From positions 181,292 through 245,291 of the forward strand of contig CAVUPH010000006.1 in the NCBI GenBank assembly GCA_963743305.1: a stretch of 64,000 nt of DNA, read 5' to 3'. Below the pieces are notes generated by a model. It saw nothing but the letters and a program-made list of their open reading frames with translations. It was not told where the DNA came from and did no database searches. Position 1 is the stretch's first letter. Each line of letters starts with the position of its first letter. The position numbers and the translations under genes are program-made. Positions 62,410-64,000 of the stretch are shown piece after piece. This DNA is from an uncultured delta proteobacterium. Lineage in GTDB: Bacteria > Desulfobacterota > RBG-13-43-22.

Positions 62410-63654
62410 TTATCGGGCTAGTAAAGTCAACCTCTCGGACTTGAGCAATTCATGTGCAAACTTGCGAATAAGGATAAAATGATGGTTCTCGGGCGTACCG
62501 ACTTCGACACCGTTGATCTTGAGAGAGCTGACCTGCGATAAGCCCTGCCGTAACTCCTGAATAATCTCTGGCGCAATCGCTTGCACGTGAGCCCCCCCTT
62601 CCTCTGTTGGCCGTGCCAAGAATGATTTCTTTCCTCGTCAACGTGCTTTTCTGCTTCCAAACGATTTCCTCCCACCACTCATTAACAGCCATCAGAATTG
62701 GCGGTACGGGTAGAGGGGAAGGGGGCGGAGGTACCGCCTTCAACTGAACTGAATAATACAGGCATGACCGTGAGACGGGTTGAAAATTCCCTGGCAGTTT
62801 CTCAGATAAGCCAAATGAAGTTGCGAGTTTCACCTGCTCCTTAACACGCATCTGCCGTAAAAGGGATTTGTTATTTTTTGTATCGTGTATCAGAACGCGA
62901 ATGACCACAGCCAAATGAACTGCTTCATCAAAGTGGCCAGCATCGTAGAGTTCACAAGATCGACGTAGGTATTCAAGCTGTCGGCGTAGGTGATCTGTTA
63001 GGGTGACAGCGCTGTGTTTTAGGTTCTTATCCTTGCCGGCCTTTGGGGGGCTATTGTCGGATACGAGTTTAAATTGGTTGCAAGTGGGATCAGCGTCCGG
63101 ACCCCCATTTGGAATAGGTACGCAACATCATTGTCTTCCGGGTGCACGAGATGTGAATTCAAGAGACGCACGATTTTACTGTACCAACGCAGGTTCGCGG
63201 TTTTGCATTGTTTTAAGGACATTGGTAAAGCGCCCACACGTCGTGGTTCCAAGACCCGGTCGCAGTGCTCGAACAGAATGGCGAAATCTTCCGGTGTAAG
63301 ATACTCGTCAGCAGCAAGATGAATCCATTGCATTTCCCCCTGCTCATTCCTCTCTTGAAGGACAGGTTGAAGATAGTAGTCTTTGTTGAGCTTGCGTAGC
63401 TGGGAAAAGAACTCTTTGACGTTTTTGTACTTAACAAAGCTCGCGTAAGCGGGGATGGCTTTTTCACCTGTGGCCAGGACGAACCCAAAGGCAAGAAGCT
63501 CAAGAATTTTTCTTAGCTGAAGTGTGGCGACTTCGACCGTCGTTTCTTCGTAAATTGCGTTGGCAGTTCCACGAGAGAATGCTTGAAATACCTTTCCCCG
63601 CTCCTTGACACACCTTAGTTGCTCCAAATACATTTCAATTGCATTCTGATTCAC
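62410..63654 (-). CDS. two-domain hypothetical protein split by two compensating frameshifts (near 63104 and 62602)
   Basis: ORFs 63019-63654, 62450-62914 (open upstream to ~63125) and 62410-62619 join by +1 G in G5 and -1 at AN(K)EGGAHV; span 1245 nt is divisible by 3. Confidence 0.6.
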
Positions 63655-63878
63655 TTCGGAATGGCCTCTTGATCTTTGTCGCTGGAAACCAGGAGATGGA
63701 CATGATTGGAGGTGGCAATATAGTCCAATATGGCCAACCCAAATCGCTTTTTAGCTTCAAAAACCATCCCAGTCACCGCTGTCGATCCCTGGCAAATTTT
63801 AACAAGAATCTCCCTGCTTATTGTATTTATGGGCAATATCAACTGATTGAAAACGTAATAATCATGTCCCTTGGCATC
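63651..63878 (-). pseudogene. decayed 5' part of HUH (Y1/RAYT-like) transposase
   Basis: FLLKFARDRQR then FEAKKRFGLAILDYIATSNHVHLLV (HUH motif) with frameshifts and stops. Confidence 0.75.
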
Positions 63879-64000
63879 GGTGTTCCGCTTAGAAGTCTGT
63901 TTTCAGGGGCAAAATGGGCACTTTAAGGCGCCATTTTCCCCCATGTTTGATTCAATTCATTGAGAACTCACCCAGTTCGTCTGGTCCGACCCTCCATTCT

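Noticed and set aside
63040-63065. Third attC left half (ccgacaatagc)
   Set aside because: No matching right arm; the stretch reads as the coding linker of the fused 62410-63654 gene.

Overview
Bacterial chromosomal segment from a diderm anaerobe. Gene content and order (pyrG-kdsA-kdsC-lptCAB-rpoN-hpf-ptsN-rapZ-EIIA(Man)-rimI; rpsF-rpsR-rplI-dnaB-long hflX; TatT-type TRAP system) suggest Desulfobacterota, which is inference only. Four in-frame UGA codons are followed by SECIS-like hairpins: formate dehydrogenase alpha, a UGSC-family protein, a rhodanese, and a candidate new C-terminal CxxxxU site in the UGSC partner protein. Intergenic DNA is crowded with repeats. About 22 GTCATTGCGAG...GCAATC REP-like palindromes peak in a strictly alternating array around a small intact GIY-YIG nuclease gene, which sits where the spacer sits in the gene-less doublets. 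There is also a ~330-bp nested-inverted-repeat MITE family and several smaller elements. Three large secreted proteins share a [YF][LF]PL[IV] motif, and one of them is paired with an Lgt-family gene. The last 13 kb is a decaying accessory region with toxin-antitoxin pairs, two attC-like sites without an integrase, duplicated and internally deleted genes, and HUH-transposase remnants. Several conserved genes carry single-base frameshifts that look like sequencing errors. All calls are by eye from sequence and translation; no searches were run.
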